The notes under the pieces: model-generated | What the model was told of the DNA's origin: nothing | Databases searched by the model: none | What the model saw: the letters and a program-made list of their open reading frames with translations, nothing else | In this document: positions 17,612 through 27,901 of the stretch, piece by piece | Layout of the letters: every line of letters begins with the position of its first letter | How positions within the stretch are numbered: position 1 is the first letter of the stretch | Virus record (IMG/VR): IMGVR_UViG_3300033144_004328 | Location: 1 to 52,545 of that record | Length of the DNA stretch: 52,545 nt | Strand: one strand, 5' to 3' | DNA from: a virus | Lineage: Duplodnaviria; Caudoviricetes | Program-made: the position numbers and the translations under genes

Positions 17612-18171
17612 GTTATGATCCAGGAGTACACAGGTCGGAGCTGATCATTTGGAGTGGTGGTCAAACCGGTGTCGACCGGGGAGCGTTGGCTGCTGCTCTG
17701 AATGAGCCATATGGCCTCGTTCGTGCTGGTGGGTACTGTCCCAACTCGTGCAAGGCCGAAGACGGCATCATCCCTAGGACGTATCGCAGGGTCCTCAAGC
17801 CGCTGGAGTCGGACAACTACGTCGTCCGTACCGAGAAGAATGCCTTGGAGTCAGATGGCACCGTGGTCCTTATCACGGACACAGCGCAGCTCTATGGCGG
17901 TACTGCAACGACTCTGAAGTACCTCAGAACAGCAAAGCGACCGCACCTGATCCTCCATTGTGAGACCGATATGGAATTCGACTGTGGCACGGAGGTCGAG
18001 CTCCTCAAGAAGTGGGTGGAGTACGTCAGGGCCAAGAAGTTCTTCTACGCGGATGGTGTGTTCACGGACCTGAAGATCAACTTCGCCGGGCCTCGAGAGT
18101 CAAAGGCGCCCGGCATCGAGGAACTGACCCAAGAAGTCCTTGGGTTCTGGCTGGAGGACTTGAGCGCATGA
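17608..18171 (+). CDS. SLOG-superfamily 'putative molybdenum carrier' protein
   Basis: WSGGQTGVDRGAL...GGYCP...AEDG...Y..RTEKN..ESDGT...GGT...NFAGPRES. Confidence 0.85.
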   Translation: MSYDPGVHRSELIIWSGGQTGVDRGALAAALNEPYGLVRAGGYCPNSCKAEDGIIPRTYRRVLKPLESDNYVVRTEKNALESDGTVVLITDTAQLYGGTATTLKYLRTAKRPHLILHCETDMEFDCGTEVELLKKWVEYVRAKKFFYADGVFTDLKINFAGPRESKAPGIEELTQEVLGFWLEDLSA

Positions 18172-18566
18172 ACAAGAAGCAGAGACAGAAGGTATACGAT
18201 CTTGTCGAGGCGGCTAGGGCACGCTTCATCGAAGTTGGGGATCTGAACAGCGGCTATGGCGCCATGAACTCCCGCCGTGTTGAGGAGTGGATGCGTATGA
18301 TGGAGGAGGCCTGTGTCGTCATCAATGACGCCGTCAGCCACCCTCGGCCCCCAAAGTTCAGCAGGGTACAGGTTGCTTTGATGGCTTCGGGCTTCATGTA
18401 CCTATTCGACGCCCGAAATACCATCAATCGCCATGTGCCGATCAAGGATGCGGCCGTCTCTGACTACATCCTGCGGGTGTGGGGGCTCCACCTTCCCTTC
18501 TTGGATCGATTCAGGGGCAGGGGGCATCCCGATGAAGCGGAGAAGCTGAGGTTGGGCATCACATGA
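18168..18566 (+). CDS. Hypothetical protein, paralog A2
   Basis: MNKKQR...HPRPPK...HLPFLDRFRGRGHP. Confidence 0.8.
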   Translation: MNKKQRQKVYDLVEAARARFIEVGDLNSGYGAMNSRRVEEWMRMMEEACVVINDAVSHPRPPKFSRVQVALMASGFMYLFDARNTINRHVPIKDAAVSDYILRVWGLHLPFLDRFRGRGHPDEAEKLRLGIT

Positions 18567-19120
18567 ACCTTCCAGACAACGTGACGTTGGGCCGGGCTCG
18601 TAGAGCGATGATGAAGGTCATTCGGCAGGACACCAAAACGGACTGTCCTTGCTGCGGCCGCAACGTGCAGAGGTATCGTCGGCACCTCCACAAGGAGCAG
18701 GCCGACTTCATGGTCGAGTTGCTTCGTCATGGTGGGGACAAGCGCTTCATCCAGTCGTCCACTGTGATGGGGCACGATGCCTCCACGACGAAGTCCAGTA
18801 CCGACGCTGCGTACCTGGTGTGGCCAGGCATCGAGCTGCTCGAGGTGGAGGGCAAGGGCCACTACCGCATCACTGGCAAGGGCATGAGATGGCTCAGGGG
18901 CAGGCTCAGGGTGCCGGCGTGGTTCGACACGATGCTGGGTACCGTCATTGGTACTGCACCTGAGAAGGTCACAATCCACGAGGTCCTCGGCACGAAGTTC
19001 AACATCCACAAGGTGCTGCGCCCTCCCCGGAAGGTGCGGTACGATACTCAGACCCGCGGCTACATGGACGTAATCCGCGGCGGTGATCGTCCAGACCGTA
19101 GACGAAAGCAGAGGGGGTGA
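18563..19120 (+). CDS. Putative winged-helix DNA-binding protein
   Basis: CPCCG; GHYRITGKG wing-like motif. Confidence 0.5.
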   Translation: MNLPDNVTLGRARRAMMKVIRQDTKTDCPCCGRNVQRYRRHLHKEQADFMVELLRHGGDKRFIQSSTVMGHDASTTKSSTDAAYLVWPGIELLEVEGKGHYRITGKGMRWLRGRLRVPAWFDTMLGTVIGTAPEKVTIHEVLGTKFNIHKVLRPPRKVRYDTQTRGYMDVIRGGDRPDRRRKQRG

Positions 19121-19121
19121 C

Positions 19122-21076
19122 ATGGCGCGGATCGAGAGAGCATTTGTCAGTGCTGAGCTGGCTGCGGCGTTCATCAGCGGACTGAGCTACGCCAATGACG
19201 GCGACATCACGACTCATGGGTTTCAAGCCCGAGGCCACCTCTTCGTAGCCATCTTCGATGACGATACGCACGTAGAGGATCAGCTATTCAAGGTCGGCGC
19301 GCTGCCTTGCCCAATCGATTCTATCGAGGGGGCGGATGCCGAGTCGGTCAAGTTGGTTCGAGACTTCATGCTTGAGTACTTCAGAGATGCCCCGCCGGGG
19401 GCGATCCCCAACGTTGAGGTTATGATGTCCTTCCTGGACGAGTGCATAGCGTACTGGGCGCAGTGATGTCACCAGCCTGCAACTATTGCGGCAGGATGCT
19501 GGTCACGGATGCGCAGCTTCAATTTGGATACTGCGGGGCGCGGTGCAAAGACCAACGTCGTGGCACTGAGACATCCCCCGCCAAGATCGAAGCCGAGGTC
19601 CATAGGCTCATGAAGCAGTACGACTCAGGTGGATGGAGGGGGTGGGAATGAAACTCACGACGCTCACGACGTGTAACCAACTCGACGTGTCTCGTGGCGA
19701 CGTCATAGCTACTACCTCAGAGAATGGCGCACACAGCGCCATGGTGGTGCGCGTCCTGGATTCTTCTACGCTCGTGGTCACTGACAAATGGTGGCACAAG
19801 CTCTGGATCAGGACTACGCTCTGGCTCGAGCGCAAGTGGATCATTTGGAAGGTGCGAGCATGAACCTGTGGTGTAAGGGGTGCGGCAAGCAGCATGTCGT
19901 GGACTACAACGGCTCCTACACCCTGACCTCGAACAATTCTGCCACGTGTGAGTGCGGCGGCTTCTTGATCACCTCAGACTACCTCCCTGAGGTAGTGCGC
20001 GCCCTTCATGAGCTGCTCACCAACGATCCACTAATCCACTGGACCGATGAACGGAGGATGGAGGTGTTCGGCAACTACTGTGTGGACTGCGGTAGTAATG
20101 ATCCCAAGTGCTGTTGCATGCGAGACGACTAAAAGGAGCCGTAATGGGCATAGGAGAGATCCCGGAGGGTGCTTTGTCGGCGAGGCTCGAAACCTACCTC
20201 GACGGTGAGGCACTGTTCAACGACATCTGCTCCTCCGTATCGGAGGCGCAGTTCGCTACGAGCATCGAGGTCGCAGCCCCCGCTGGGCAAGCTATTGCGA
20301 CTTACATCCGAACCCCCGACGGGGACAACTGCACCCCCGACGTCGTGACGTTGGCCACACCCCGCTCATTGCGCTCTGTGCGCGGGGTCGATGTGGTCAC
20401 GACCCCCTCCGTCTCTGGTGATCAAGCTTTCGTGGTCCATACGGAGAAGGCGGAGCACCTCCTGAACGATGTGTGCGTGCTCTTGGGCTGCCAACCCACC
20501 CGTGTGAGCCTGCCCCGCCGGGTAGACGAGCTGATGGCCCATGAGTAGCGACGCACAGATGCGATGCCCCCTGTGCAACGCCACTGGGGAGGTTGAGGGT
20601 GAACTGTGCCCGCTCTGTTGCGATGGGGAGGATGGTCAAGTCGCGGTGGAGAAGGCCGTGCTCGAGCTCTACAAGGCCTTTGACCGTATGAGGGAAGAGC
20701 ATAACACCCTGCGCTGTAACCACGACGCACTCGTACGAAGACTTCGATCCAAGGGGCTGGCATGAACATCGATGACACAGTACGAGAAGACGCTGAATCC
20801 GCGGGCTGTGATGAGCTGATCGAGGCCGCAAGGATACTGGATGAGGTCGAGGCCGGTATCCCTCGAGGGTGCAGAGCACGGTCGGCTTTCATCATGGACA
20901 AGGCTCAGGAGCTGAAGGAGACGTTCATCAACGGGAACAAGTCCGACGTGCTGAAGGCGCTTGAGTCCATGCCGAAGACAGTGGCCTTTGCGGTGTTGGC
21001 TACGATCATGGACCTATCAGATGGCAAGGACTGGAAGAACCCAGCCATTGGCAACTACTTCCGGGAGGTGGCATGA
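19122..21076 (+). CDS. Run of small hypothetical genes (19122-19466, 19466-19651, 19648-19863, 19860-20132, 20144-20548, 20541-20765, 20762-21076)
   Basis: Stop/start overlaps (ATGA, TGATG) and purine-rich RBSs; several CxxC pairs. Confidence 0.65.
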
Positions 21077-22044
21077 GTCTCAAGGACCAGCTCGAAGACC
21101 TATCTCCTGAGGACCAGCAACGAGCCCTGCGTATGCTCGATATCTACGGCAACATCTTCCTCATCGAGGAGGTGAGCCGCGACGGCACCAAGACGAGGCG
21201 TCTCCTCGACTCCAAGGACGTGACCTTGATCTCAGTGGAGAGTCGGAACACGTACTTGGTGCGCGGTACCCCGCACCCCAATGACTGGGAGCGCATCGAC
21301 ATGGGCGATCTCGATCCTTCTATGCTTAGGAACGAGATCACGGGGGAGTCATGGTCCGACTCGGTCCAGCATATTGAGGCCATCAAGGCGGAGGTGGAAG
21401 CGACTGGGGAGGGGGTGGTTGTAGCTACGCAACTTCCGGGGCTATGCACGAGGTGCGGGCTGAATCATAGCAGGAAGGGTAGCGCGCTATGCGGGCCGTG
21501 CTGGAATGGCACGCCTAATGTCGACGACATCATCCATGCGGCTGTGGATGTGCCGGATCCTGGTGTGCGTGCAGCGAGACGAGCTCGCATCGCTGAGAAC
21601 AAGGCCAAGTACCCAGGGCCGCCGCCCATCACGCCAGAGGCCATTGCTGAGGCCGTGCAGGAGATGGATGAGGCCCTTGAGGCTGCGTGTGACTGTGGAG
21701 GTCTAGCGATCTTCGACAGTGGCGACATGGCAGAGCTACCAGAGCACTGGGTCCACGTCGAGAAGTGCGATGAGTGTGACGTCTTCGAGAGTGATGGAGA
21801 TGCTGCGCTGGACATAAGCCAAGAAGCTGCGTGGTGGTGCGTGGAGTGCGAAGTGATCGTGGAGAAGGATTACCTCGATGAGCATTGCGCGGACCACCCC
21901 AAGTTCAAGAAGCTCAAAGGCCATAGACTCAGGGCCATCGTGCTCATAACACATGCCCAGGACTATGGGCTGGAGGTGGAGACAGATGGGGGAGATCAGC
22001 ATAAAGAGCCCGAGTCAGGGACTGATGGAGGCGTTCCGGGATAA
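21073..22044 (+). CDS. Multi-domain Cys-rich hypothetical protein
   Basis: C-terminal VHVEKCDECDVFES..AA..I.....CVEC domain shared with 32457-33176. Confidence 0.7.
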   Translation: MSLKDQLEDLSPEDQQRALRMLDIYGNIFLIEEVSRDGTKTRRLLDSKDVTLISVESRNTYLVRGTPHPNDWERIDMGDLDPSMLRNEITGESWSDSVQHIEAIKAEVEATGEGVVVATQLPGLCTRCGLNHSRKGSALCGPCWNGTPNVDDIIHAAVDVPDPGVRAARRARIAENKAKYPGPPPITPEAIAEAVQEMDEALEAACDCGGLAIFDSGDMAELPEHWVHVEKCDECDVFESDGDAALDISQEAAWWCVECEVIVEKDYLDEHCADHPKFKKLKGHRLRAIVLITHAQDYGLEVETDGGDQHKEPESGTDGGVPG

Positions 22045-22254
22045 CGCCCTGGAACGGGACAGACCATGCCCGATGAGGTGGTGGGTGATCTGGGTCAACA
22101 ACTACGGTCACTTCATGTTCGCCGGTACTGAGGCTGAGGCCGAGGAGCGCCGCGCCGACAAGTGCAAGTGGGAGGGCGCCATGGGTAGGAAGCGCCCGGC
22201 CACTGACGAAGAGGTGCGCGCCAACAAGGCCCCTGACAGCATGGAGTGGGTGCC

Positions 22255-22740
22255 ATGAGCAGGAGTGAGCTCACACTGAATGATATGGTCCACTCCATCC
22301 TTTCCGACAATTCCGTGAAGAACATACGGGAGATCAATGACGTCGAGTTCACGACGCACATCAGGAGGGCTGTGTACGAGCTCGCTGAGAAGAAGCGGGG
22401 CTTGATGCCACATCCCATGGAGCTGGACTGGGACTCGCTCCAAGCCACGAGGTCCAGGGGCTTCCCGGTCTTCAAGGGGGCGGAGAAGGTAGTGGTGGTG
22501 GCGCCAGGGCCCACGTACAGGCCCCATGGCTACACAGCTTCTGATGATAAGGGCGACCTCGAGGAGGGCCTGAATCGGTACTCAGCCTCTGCGGCCGCAG
22601 CAGATGCCAGACTTGAGTCCCCGGAAGGCCTCAGGGAGCAGATCCTCGAGCTCGAGGAGAAGCTGGCCGCTGCAACCAAGGAACGTCGTGTTGACTTCCT
22701 CGGATCGTGGCTCAGCAAGCCCATTGGGGGTGTGTGGTGA
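22255..22740 (+). CDS. Hypothetical protein (preceded by 21986-22258)
   Basis: ATGA overlap; typical codon bias. Confidence 0.6.
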   Translation: MSRSELTLNDMVHSILSDNSVKNIREINDVEFTTHIRRAVYELAEKKRGLMPHPMELDWDSLQATRSRGFPVFKGAEKVVVVAPGPTYRPHGYTASDDKGDLEEGLNRYSASAAAADARLESPEGLREQILELEEKLAAATKERRVDFLGSWLSKPIGGVW

Positions 22741-23084
22741 ACGAGAAGCAAGCACACATACACGCCAATGCCTTGGCCAAGAAGCTCAATGCCGCGGTCA
22801 AGAAGCTGGGGATGGTCTGGAAGCCCAGAGTCCACAAGAGCTTGGGGTGGCATGCTTCGGCAATCTCTGAGTGCGAGAGATGGTGCGTGACCTACGACAA
22901 GTACGGTCTGGAACCGGCTTCGTACATGGCCTTTGTCAGCCCTCCTACATTTGGATGTGCTGGTGTCTGGTCTTCTGGGAGGGGTAGTGACCCAGTGGCT
23001 GCCGTTGTCGACGCCAAGGCGAAGGGGCTCAAGGATTTGCAGGGCAAGGCCAAGCTGCTGGACATGGAGGTGGTGCCGAAATGA
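22737..23084 (+). CDS. Hypothetical protein, paralog B1
   Basis: GTGA overlap; aligns by eye with the next gene. Confidence 0.7.
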   Translation: MNEKQAHIHANALAKKLNAAVKKLGMVWKPRVHKSLGWHASAISECERWCVTYDKYGLEPASYMAFVSPPTFGCAGVWSSGRGSDPVAAVVDAKAKGLKDLQGKAKLLDMEVVPK

Positions 23085-23434
23085 TCAAGAAGGAAGCCGA
23101 CAAGATCGGTAGGCTCATGGCCAAGCAGTTGGGTCAGGCATGGACCATTACCAAGACCAAGCATGGTCGTGGGGACTGGGAAGTCAGTGCCAAGGCGATC
23201 ATCAGCACAGGACGCTGGGATGCGCACTACCACCCCGGTGGGTGTACTGGTTCCCCGGAATCCTACTACGTCACGCTTGGCCCCATTGCGAAGGGGGCCA
23301 GGATATGGACGGTAAGGCGCCCGAACCTGCGTACGGCTGTGCGTGAGCTCAAGAAGCTGGCACTGAACGAAGTCCAGACGCGAGCCAGTCTCCTCAACAT
23401 GCGTTGCTGTTTCAAGGGGGTTAGAAGATCATGA
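23081..23434 (+). CDS. Hypothetical protein, paralog B2
   Basis: ATGA overlap; aligns by eye with the previous gene. Confidence 0.7.
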   Translation: MIKKEADKIGRLMAKQLGQAWTITKTKHGRGDWEVSAKAIISTGRWDAHYHPGGCTGSPESYYVTLGPIAKGARIWTVRRPNLRTAVRELKKLALNEVQTRASLLNMRCCFKGVRRS

Positions 23435-24504
23435 GCAAGACACTGTGTTTCTTCCACAGCGCAGACAAAGACGGTCATTGTGCCGGTGCCATCGTCCGCA
23501 AGTACTTCGGTGATGATGTCGAGATGATCGGCTGGGACTATGGCGACCCATTCCCATGGGACAAGATCGATGTCCACACCGAGGTGTACATGGTGGACCT
23601 GAGCCTGCAGCCGTGGGAGGACATGGTCCGGCTGAACACCGAGACCAAGAAGTTCGTGTGGATCGACCACCACAAGTCAGCCATCACGGACTACAACGCC
23701 TACGTCGACCACGAGTCGAAGGAGTTCTATGGCGTATGGTCCACGGCCTTCGCTGCTTGTGAGCTGACCTGGCGATATCTGTACCCAGACTTCGAGATGC
23801 CTGAAGCCGTGAAGCTGATCGGCCGATACGACGTTTGGGAGTGGGCTGATACTATAGGCGCCCTTGAGTTCCAGGCCGGTCTAAGGGCCATGGAGACGCT
23901 GCCGACTGATGGCGTCTGGGCCCGCTTGCTCGATGCTAGCTCAGGCTTGTTGGTGCGCAACATCATCGATGATGGTGAAGCGATCATCCGCTACAAGGCG
24001 AAGCAGGATCGTATCCACATCGAGTCCGCTGGCTTCGAGCTGAACTGGGAAGGGCGTACTTGGTTGGCGATCAACGAGATGTTCAACAACTCGAAGCTGT
24101 TCGACTCGATGTTCGATGCCAATGTCTATGCGGGTATGCTGTGCTTCGGCTTCCGCAAAGGGAAGTGGTACGTGAGCCTGTACGCTCCGGACAAGAGTGA
24201 GAGTAGTCTCGACATGGGCGCACTCGCCAAGAAGTACGGAGGCGGCGGCCACCCAGGAGCAGCAGGATTCACTACTCTAGTTCTGCCCTTTCCGCTGGGG
24301 GAGGAGCCGTATTCCTCGGACAAGAAGATCATCGATGGCTCCATCGTTGCTGGTCAGCGCCGTGTCTACGAGAAGCAATACGGCAAGATGGATGAGCTGA
24401 CGCTGTTCAGGCTCAAGCGACTAGCCATAATAGTCGGGCTGAACCCGACGTGCTTGAGCGAGGAAGAGATCATCGCTGGCATCAAGGCATTGGAGGAATC
24501 ATGA
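23431..24504 (+). CDS. DHH/DHHA1 phosphoesterase (NrnB-like nanoRNase / cyclic-nucleotide PDE family)
   Basis: H.ADKDG, YMVDLS, WIDHHKSA, RYDVW, GGGGHPGAAGF motifs. Confidence 0.9.
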   Translation: MSKTLCFFHSADKDGHCAGAIVRKYFGDDVEMIGWDYGDPFPWDKIDVHTEVYMVDLSLQPWEDMVRLNTETKKFVWIDHHKSAITDYNAYVDHESKEFYGVWSTAFAACELTWRYLYPDFEMPEAVKLIGRYDVWEWADTIGALEFQAGLRAMETLPTDGVWARLLDASSGLLVRNIIDDGEAIIRYKAKQDRIHIESAGFELNWEGRTWLAINEMFNNSKLFDSMFDANVYAGMLCFGFRKGKWYVSLYAPDKSESSLDMGALAKKYGGGGHPGAAGFTTLVLPFPLGEEPYSSDKKIIDGSIVAGQRRVYEKQYGKMDELTLFRLKRLAIIVGLNPTCLSEEEIIAGIKALEES

Positions 24505-24758
24505 TCTGGGTCAGCGCAGTGTTGGGATGGGCGATTTGGATGATTGCCTACAACGCGTTCATGGTGCGCAGGCTCAAAGCCCGCAGACCAAACATGAATG
24601 GTCGGCCTATGGACCATGAGACCTTGGTACAGGTCGCAGACCAGCAAATCGCTATTCACGACAAGGCCAAGAATGTGTGGGTCGGCTGCCTCGTGGCAGC
24701 GGTCTGCGTCATCTACCTGATCCTGGAGGTGAGTCATGATTGCTCGAGCCATAGTTAG
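24501..24758 (+). CDS. Small two-TM membrane protein
   Basis: Two hydrophobic segments; GGAGG RBS, ATGA overlap. Confidence 0.65.
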   Translation: MIWVSAVLGWAIWMIAYNAFMVRRLKARRPNMNGRPMDHETLVQVADQQIAIHDKAKNVWVGCLVAAVCVIYLILEVSHDCSSHS

Positions 24759-25149
24759 CTGTACCGTCGAGGTCGAAATCAGCGGGTGGGGTCCGGACGT
24801 TACCTTGGCTCAGATCATGAATCAGGCCTCGAGGAAGGCCGTGGACGTCCTCAGGGAGCACCTCGACGACCCCGGCATCAGGGTAGCGGCCACCAAGAGC
24901 GTGAGGGTCATGATCGTGGAGGACGAGGATGACACCTGAGGAGTGGTTAGACGATTTGGCCGAGCGCATGGGTGTGGAGCCCCGCAAACCATACCCTGAG
25001 GAGCTGGTGATGATGGTGCGGTTTGGAATCGATGACCCCGAAGTGGACATGGGGTCGGTGGCCCAGAAATTCGTCTGGGGCCGCGAGTCCGAGGACCCGT
25101 GTCATGGGTCGGTGCTGGCTGCGTTGATGGTGGCGAGACTGGAGGGGGA

Positions 25150-25911
25150 ATGACCCAGGGAACCCATGATGTTAGTGAGCTCTGTACGAGATGTGGGCTG
25201 TGCTGTGTAGTACTGCGCGCAACCTGTGAGCTGGAGCAGGCTCAGGCACTAGCTGAATGTGCCGACATCGATGTTCTACGGGTGAGAGATGGTGCGGCAC
25301 CCCACATGGAGGTTGATCCGCCTGAACACGTAGTCATGAGGTTCCCTTGTACCTTCCTCAGGGGCAGAGTCATGAAGGCAGTGAGATGTGCGGCGTATGA
25401 GGGTCCGCGTCCGCCTGTATGTGGATCATACATCTGCAAAGTAGCCTCTAAGTACGCTCTCCGGGAGATCACTCTCGATGAGGGGCTTTCACTCCTTGAT
25501 TTGGCACTGATCCAGAACGATGCCACGATTTTCAATTGGATGGGGACGGAGTCCGAAGCCAAATTGGCTACGAGACACGTCATCCAGAAGCGGATCGAAT
25601 CACTACGGGCTGAGGGCGTCGCTGAAGGACTGGCCCAGTATCTTGTCGCAGCGGCAATGGTGCCTAAGTACGGATTCGCGTCCCAACCCGATCTCGATTT
25701 GATGTGCATGCACCTCAGCAACTACGACGACCGTGAGCAGAGACGCGGAGAGGCGGAGTACGATCCCATCGACGAGGGAGCACTGCCCCTGTACTGTGAC
25801 GAGTCCTTCATACACGAGCTCGACTCCGTGCGTGAGAGGTCCATAGCTTCTACTGCTATAAGATCAGTACTCAAGGAGCTCAGGACGCTGTTCAAGAAGG
25901 AGGACTCATGA
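25150..25911 (+). CDS. CxxCxxCC (YkgJ-like) Fe-S/Zn cluster protein
   Basis: CTRCGLCC...CTFL...CAAYE.PRPPVCGSYIC. Confidence 0.75.
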   Translation: MTQGTHDVSELCTRCGLCCVVLRATCELEQAQALAECADIDVLRVRDGAAPHMEVDPPEHVVMRFPCTFLRGRVMKAVRCAAYEGPRPPVCGSYICKVASKYALREITLDEGLSLLDLALIQNDATIFNWMGTESEAKLATRHVIQKRIESLRAEGVAEGLAQYLVAAAMVPKYGFASQPDLDLMCMHLSNYDDREQRRGEAEYDPIDEGALPLYCDESFIHELDSVRERSIASTAIRSVLKELRTLFKKEDS

Positions 25912-27161
25912 CGACGTTCAAGACGGCTGATGGCGGCGACACCTGCGCCGGTTACCGACGCATCACACCTATGATCAAGGAGCGGGCCAAGAGCGCATCG
26001 GAGCGTAAGCTGCTCCAGAAGCTCTACACGGCGGTCATGGACTTGAGAGGCGAGCGCACTGAGAGCGCCGACTACGTGTCCTACAGCATGCCGAAGTGGC
26101 TCACCGAGCTCCTCAAGGTCCGTGGCATCAAGGCTGACGGTGAGCACCACGAAGCGGCGATTGTTACCGTCGTGAAGGTGTCGCATTTGATCCGGGAGGT
26201 GCTCGGGGCATTTGATGAGCCCGTGGAGAAGATGGATGGAGACAGGGTGCGCCAGGCTCAAGCCGCAGAGGTCCAGGATGCGGACCTCGAGGGGCTCAGC
26301 CTAGAGCTCGAGGCGAAAAACTGGGAGTTGAGTACGGATCTGCGTCTGGTGCGGGGGCATCGAGAGGAGTATGGAGACATGCTTCGGGGCATGGCTGAGG
26401 GGTTTGGCTGCGCAATCGATGACGTGCCGGATCAAATCGAGAAGTTGAGGACGGAAAGCGGGGATTGGTTCACTGTCTTCAAGCAGATCTGTGAGGAGCT
26501 CGGGCTGGGGGACACGGCTGTCGTGTTCCAGGTCGTGGGTAAGATACAGGCGCTGCGCGGTGCTGAGGAGACATTCAAGGAGGAGAGGGAGGAGAGTGAG
26601 CGCCGACGAAGGTTGATCATCAAGCATAAAGGGGAGGTGGTGACGCAGGGGGCGTTCAATGCGTTGGTTGATGCCTACGACCGTACGCGTGAACAGGTCT
26701 CCGTGAAGTTGGACGCTCTTCTCAAGGGGCAGGCCAACCTCCTCAAGGGACAGATGAACCTCCTCCAGACGCAGCTGTCGCTGCTGGGCGAGTACAAACC
26801 CGCGGCTGAGGTGATGGGTGGGCTCTACCCGTTCTGGGAGGGATGTGTCGTAGCAGCAACTGGTCGGATCACAGAAGGCGGCGCTGGCTTCCCCGGCAGT
26901 GATGAGGCCAAGTTCCCGAAGCCCAACTACCTCCATGCTCGAGTTGGCGACATCGGTGTAGTGGAGGGCGTCGACAAAGATCTCCCCACGGTTCGGTTCT
27001 TCATCTCCGGGACGGCTACCATCGTTGGCAAGGAGGAGGTGATCTTTGCTGCGCCGACCCTGGACATCTACAACCTGCAGGCTGATGCAATGGCCAAGTC
27101 CATGGGCATCGTGAATGGGGCCAAGCCCCTTAGCTTCGAGGAGCCAGATGGGGAGACCTGA
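25908..27161 (+). CDS. Coiled-coil hypothetical protein
   Basis: 417-aa ORF with AGGAGG RBS; motif copy TGCTATAAGA at 25854-25863 upstream. Confidence 0.7.
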   Translation: MTTFKTADGGDTCAGYRRITPMIKERAKSASERKLLQKLYTAVMDLRGERTESADYVSYSMPKWLTELLKVRGIKADGEHHEAAIVTVVKVSHLIREVLGAFDEPVEKMDGDRVRQAQAAEVQDADLEGLSLELEAKNWELSTDLRLVRGHREEYGDMLRGMAEGFGCAIDDVPDQIEKLRTESGDWFTVFKQICEELGLGDTAVVFQVVGKIQALRGAEETFKEEREESERRRRLIIKHKGEVVTQGAFNALVDAYDRTREQVSVKLDALLKGQANLLKGQMNLLQTQLSLLGEYKPAAEVMGGLYPFWEGCVVAATGRITEGGAGFPGSDEAKFPKPNYLHARVGDIGVVEGVDKDLPTVRFFISGTATIVGKEEVIFAAPTLDIYNLQADAMAKSMGIVNGAKPLSFEEPDGET

Positions 27162-27365
27162 TTACGTCAAGTGCATCCAGGACAACCGCAAGCAGGAAGA
27201 TGGCCTGACCCATTCGCTTTGTGGCCGCCAGTTGGTCATGGAGTGGGCCTTCATGGATATCAGCCACGCTTTCAACACGTCCCTCTCTGAGGGGCGCTTG
27301 ATGATCTGTCCAGAGTGCTCGGAGGCAGTGCGCTTAGCCATCAGGAAGCAGACCTGGGGGCTCGA

Positions 27366-27605
27366 GTGATCACGCGGTACTTAGACTCCTTGGCTGAGCC
27401 CGGGGGTGATGGTTCAAAGGCTCATCCCTTTAGGAGCTTTGTTGACGTGAACGCTGCCGTGGCTAAGCTCCGAGCCGCGGGCAATCATGATCAGGTGACG
27501 TGCTACGTCACGTCCGGCGTTTACCTCCGAGGAGACATCGTCTTCAACATCGATGGTGTCTCCTTGGTGGGTAGCGGCGCCAGGCTCACAACGGAGAAGC
27601 CATGA
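27366..27605 (+). CDS. Small protein resembling the N-cap of beta-helix (DUF1565-like) proteins
   Basis: YLDS....GDGSKAHPFRS...A......CYVTSGVY...VSLVGSG. Confidence 0.55.
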   Translation: MITRYLDSLAEPGGDGSKAHPFRSFVDVNAAVAKLRAAGNHDQVTCYVTSGVYLRGDIVFNIDGVSLVGSGARLTTEKP

Positions 27606-27850
27606 CCAAAGCAGAGAGAGCGGTTTTGTCCGATGCTGCCAGCATCATCAAGCGTGCGCTCGAGGCCCGGGGCGAGGTCAGCATCCGAGGCTTCGGCAAG
27701 TTCTATCGCACTACGATCTACGTCTACGAGGATGTCCAGCCCGCGGCCGATCTCGACGAGTTCTTGCCTTCGAAGCTCAAGTCCCGAATCAGTACGCGGT
27801 TCAGGGCCTACCGCTCCTACTTCAAGCAAGTGAACCCGGAGGCGAAGTGA
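27602..27850 (+). CDS. HU/IHF-like DNA-binding protein
   Basis: IIKRAL..GEVSIRGFGKF...RFRAYRSYFKQVN; the arm is divergent (no RNP motif). Confidence 0.7.
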   Translation: MTKAERAVLSDAASIIKRALEARGEVSIRGFGKFYRTTIYVYEDVQPAADLDEFLPSKLKSRISTRFRAYRSYFKQVNPEAK

Positions 27851-27901
27851 ACCGACGATCTTTCCTGTTCGGAAAAGTAAGTTCAAGCCCTTCGAGGTAT
27901 C

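Noticed and set aside
20144-20548. Capsid-protein-like fragment (VRGVDVVTTPSVSGDQAFVV)
   Set aside because: Resemblance too short to support without a profile search
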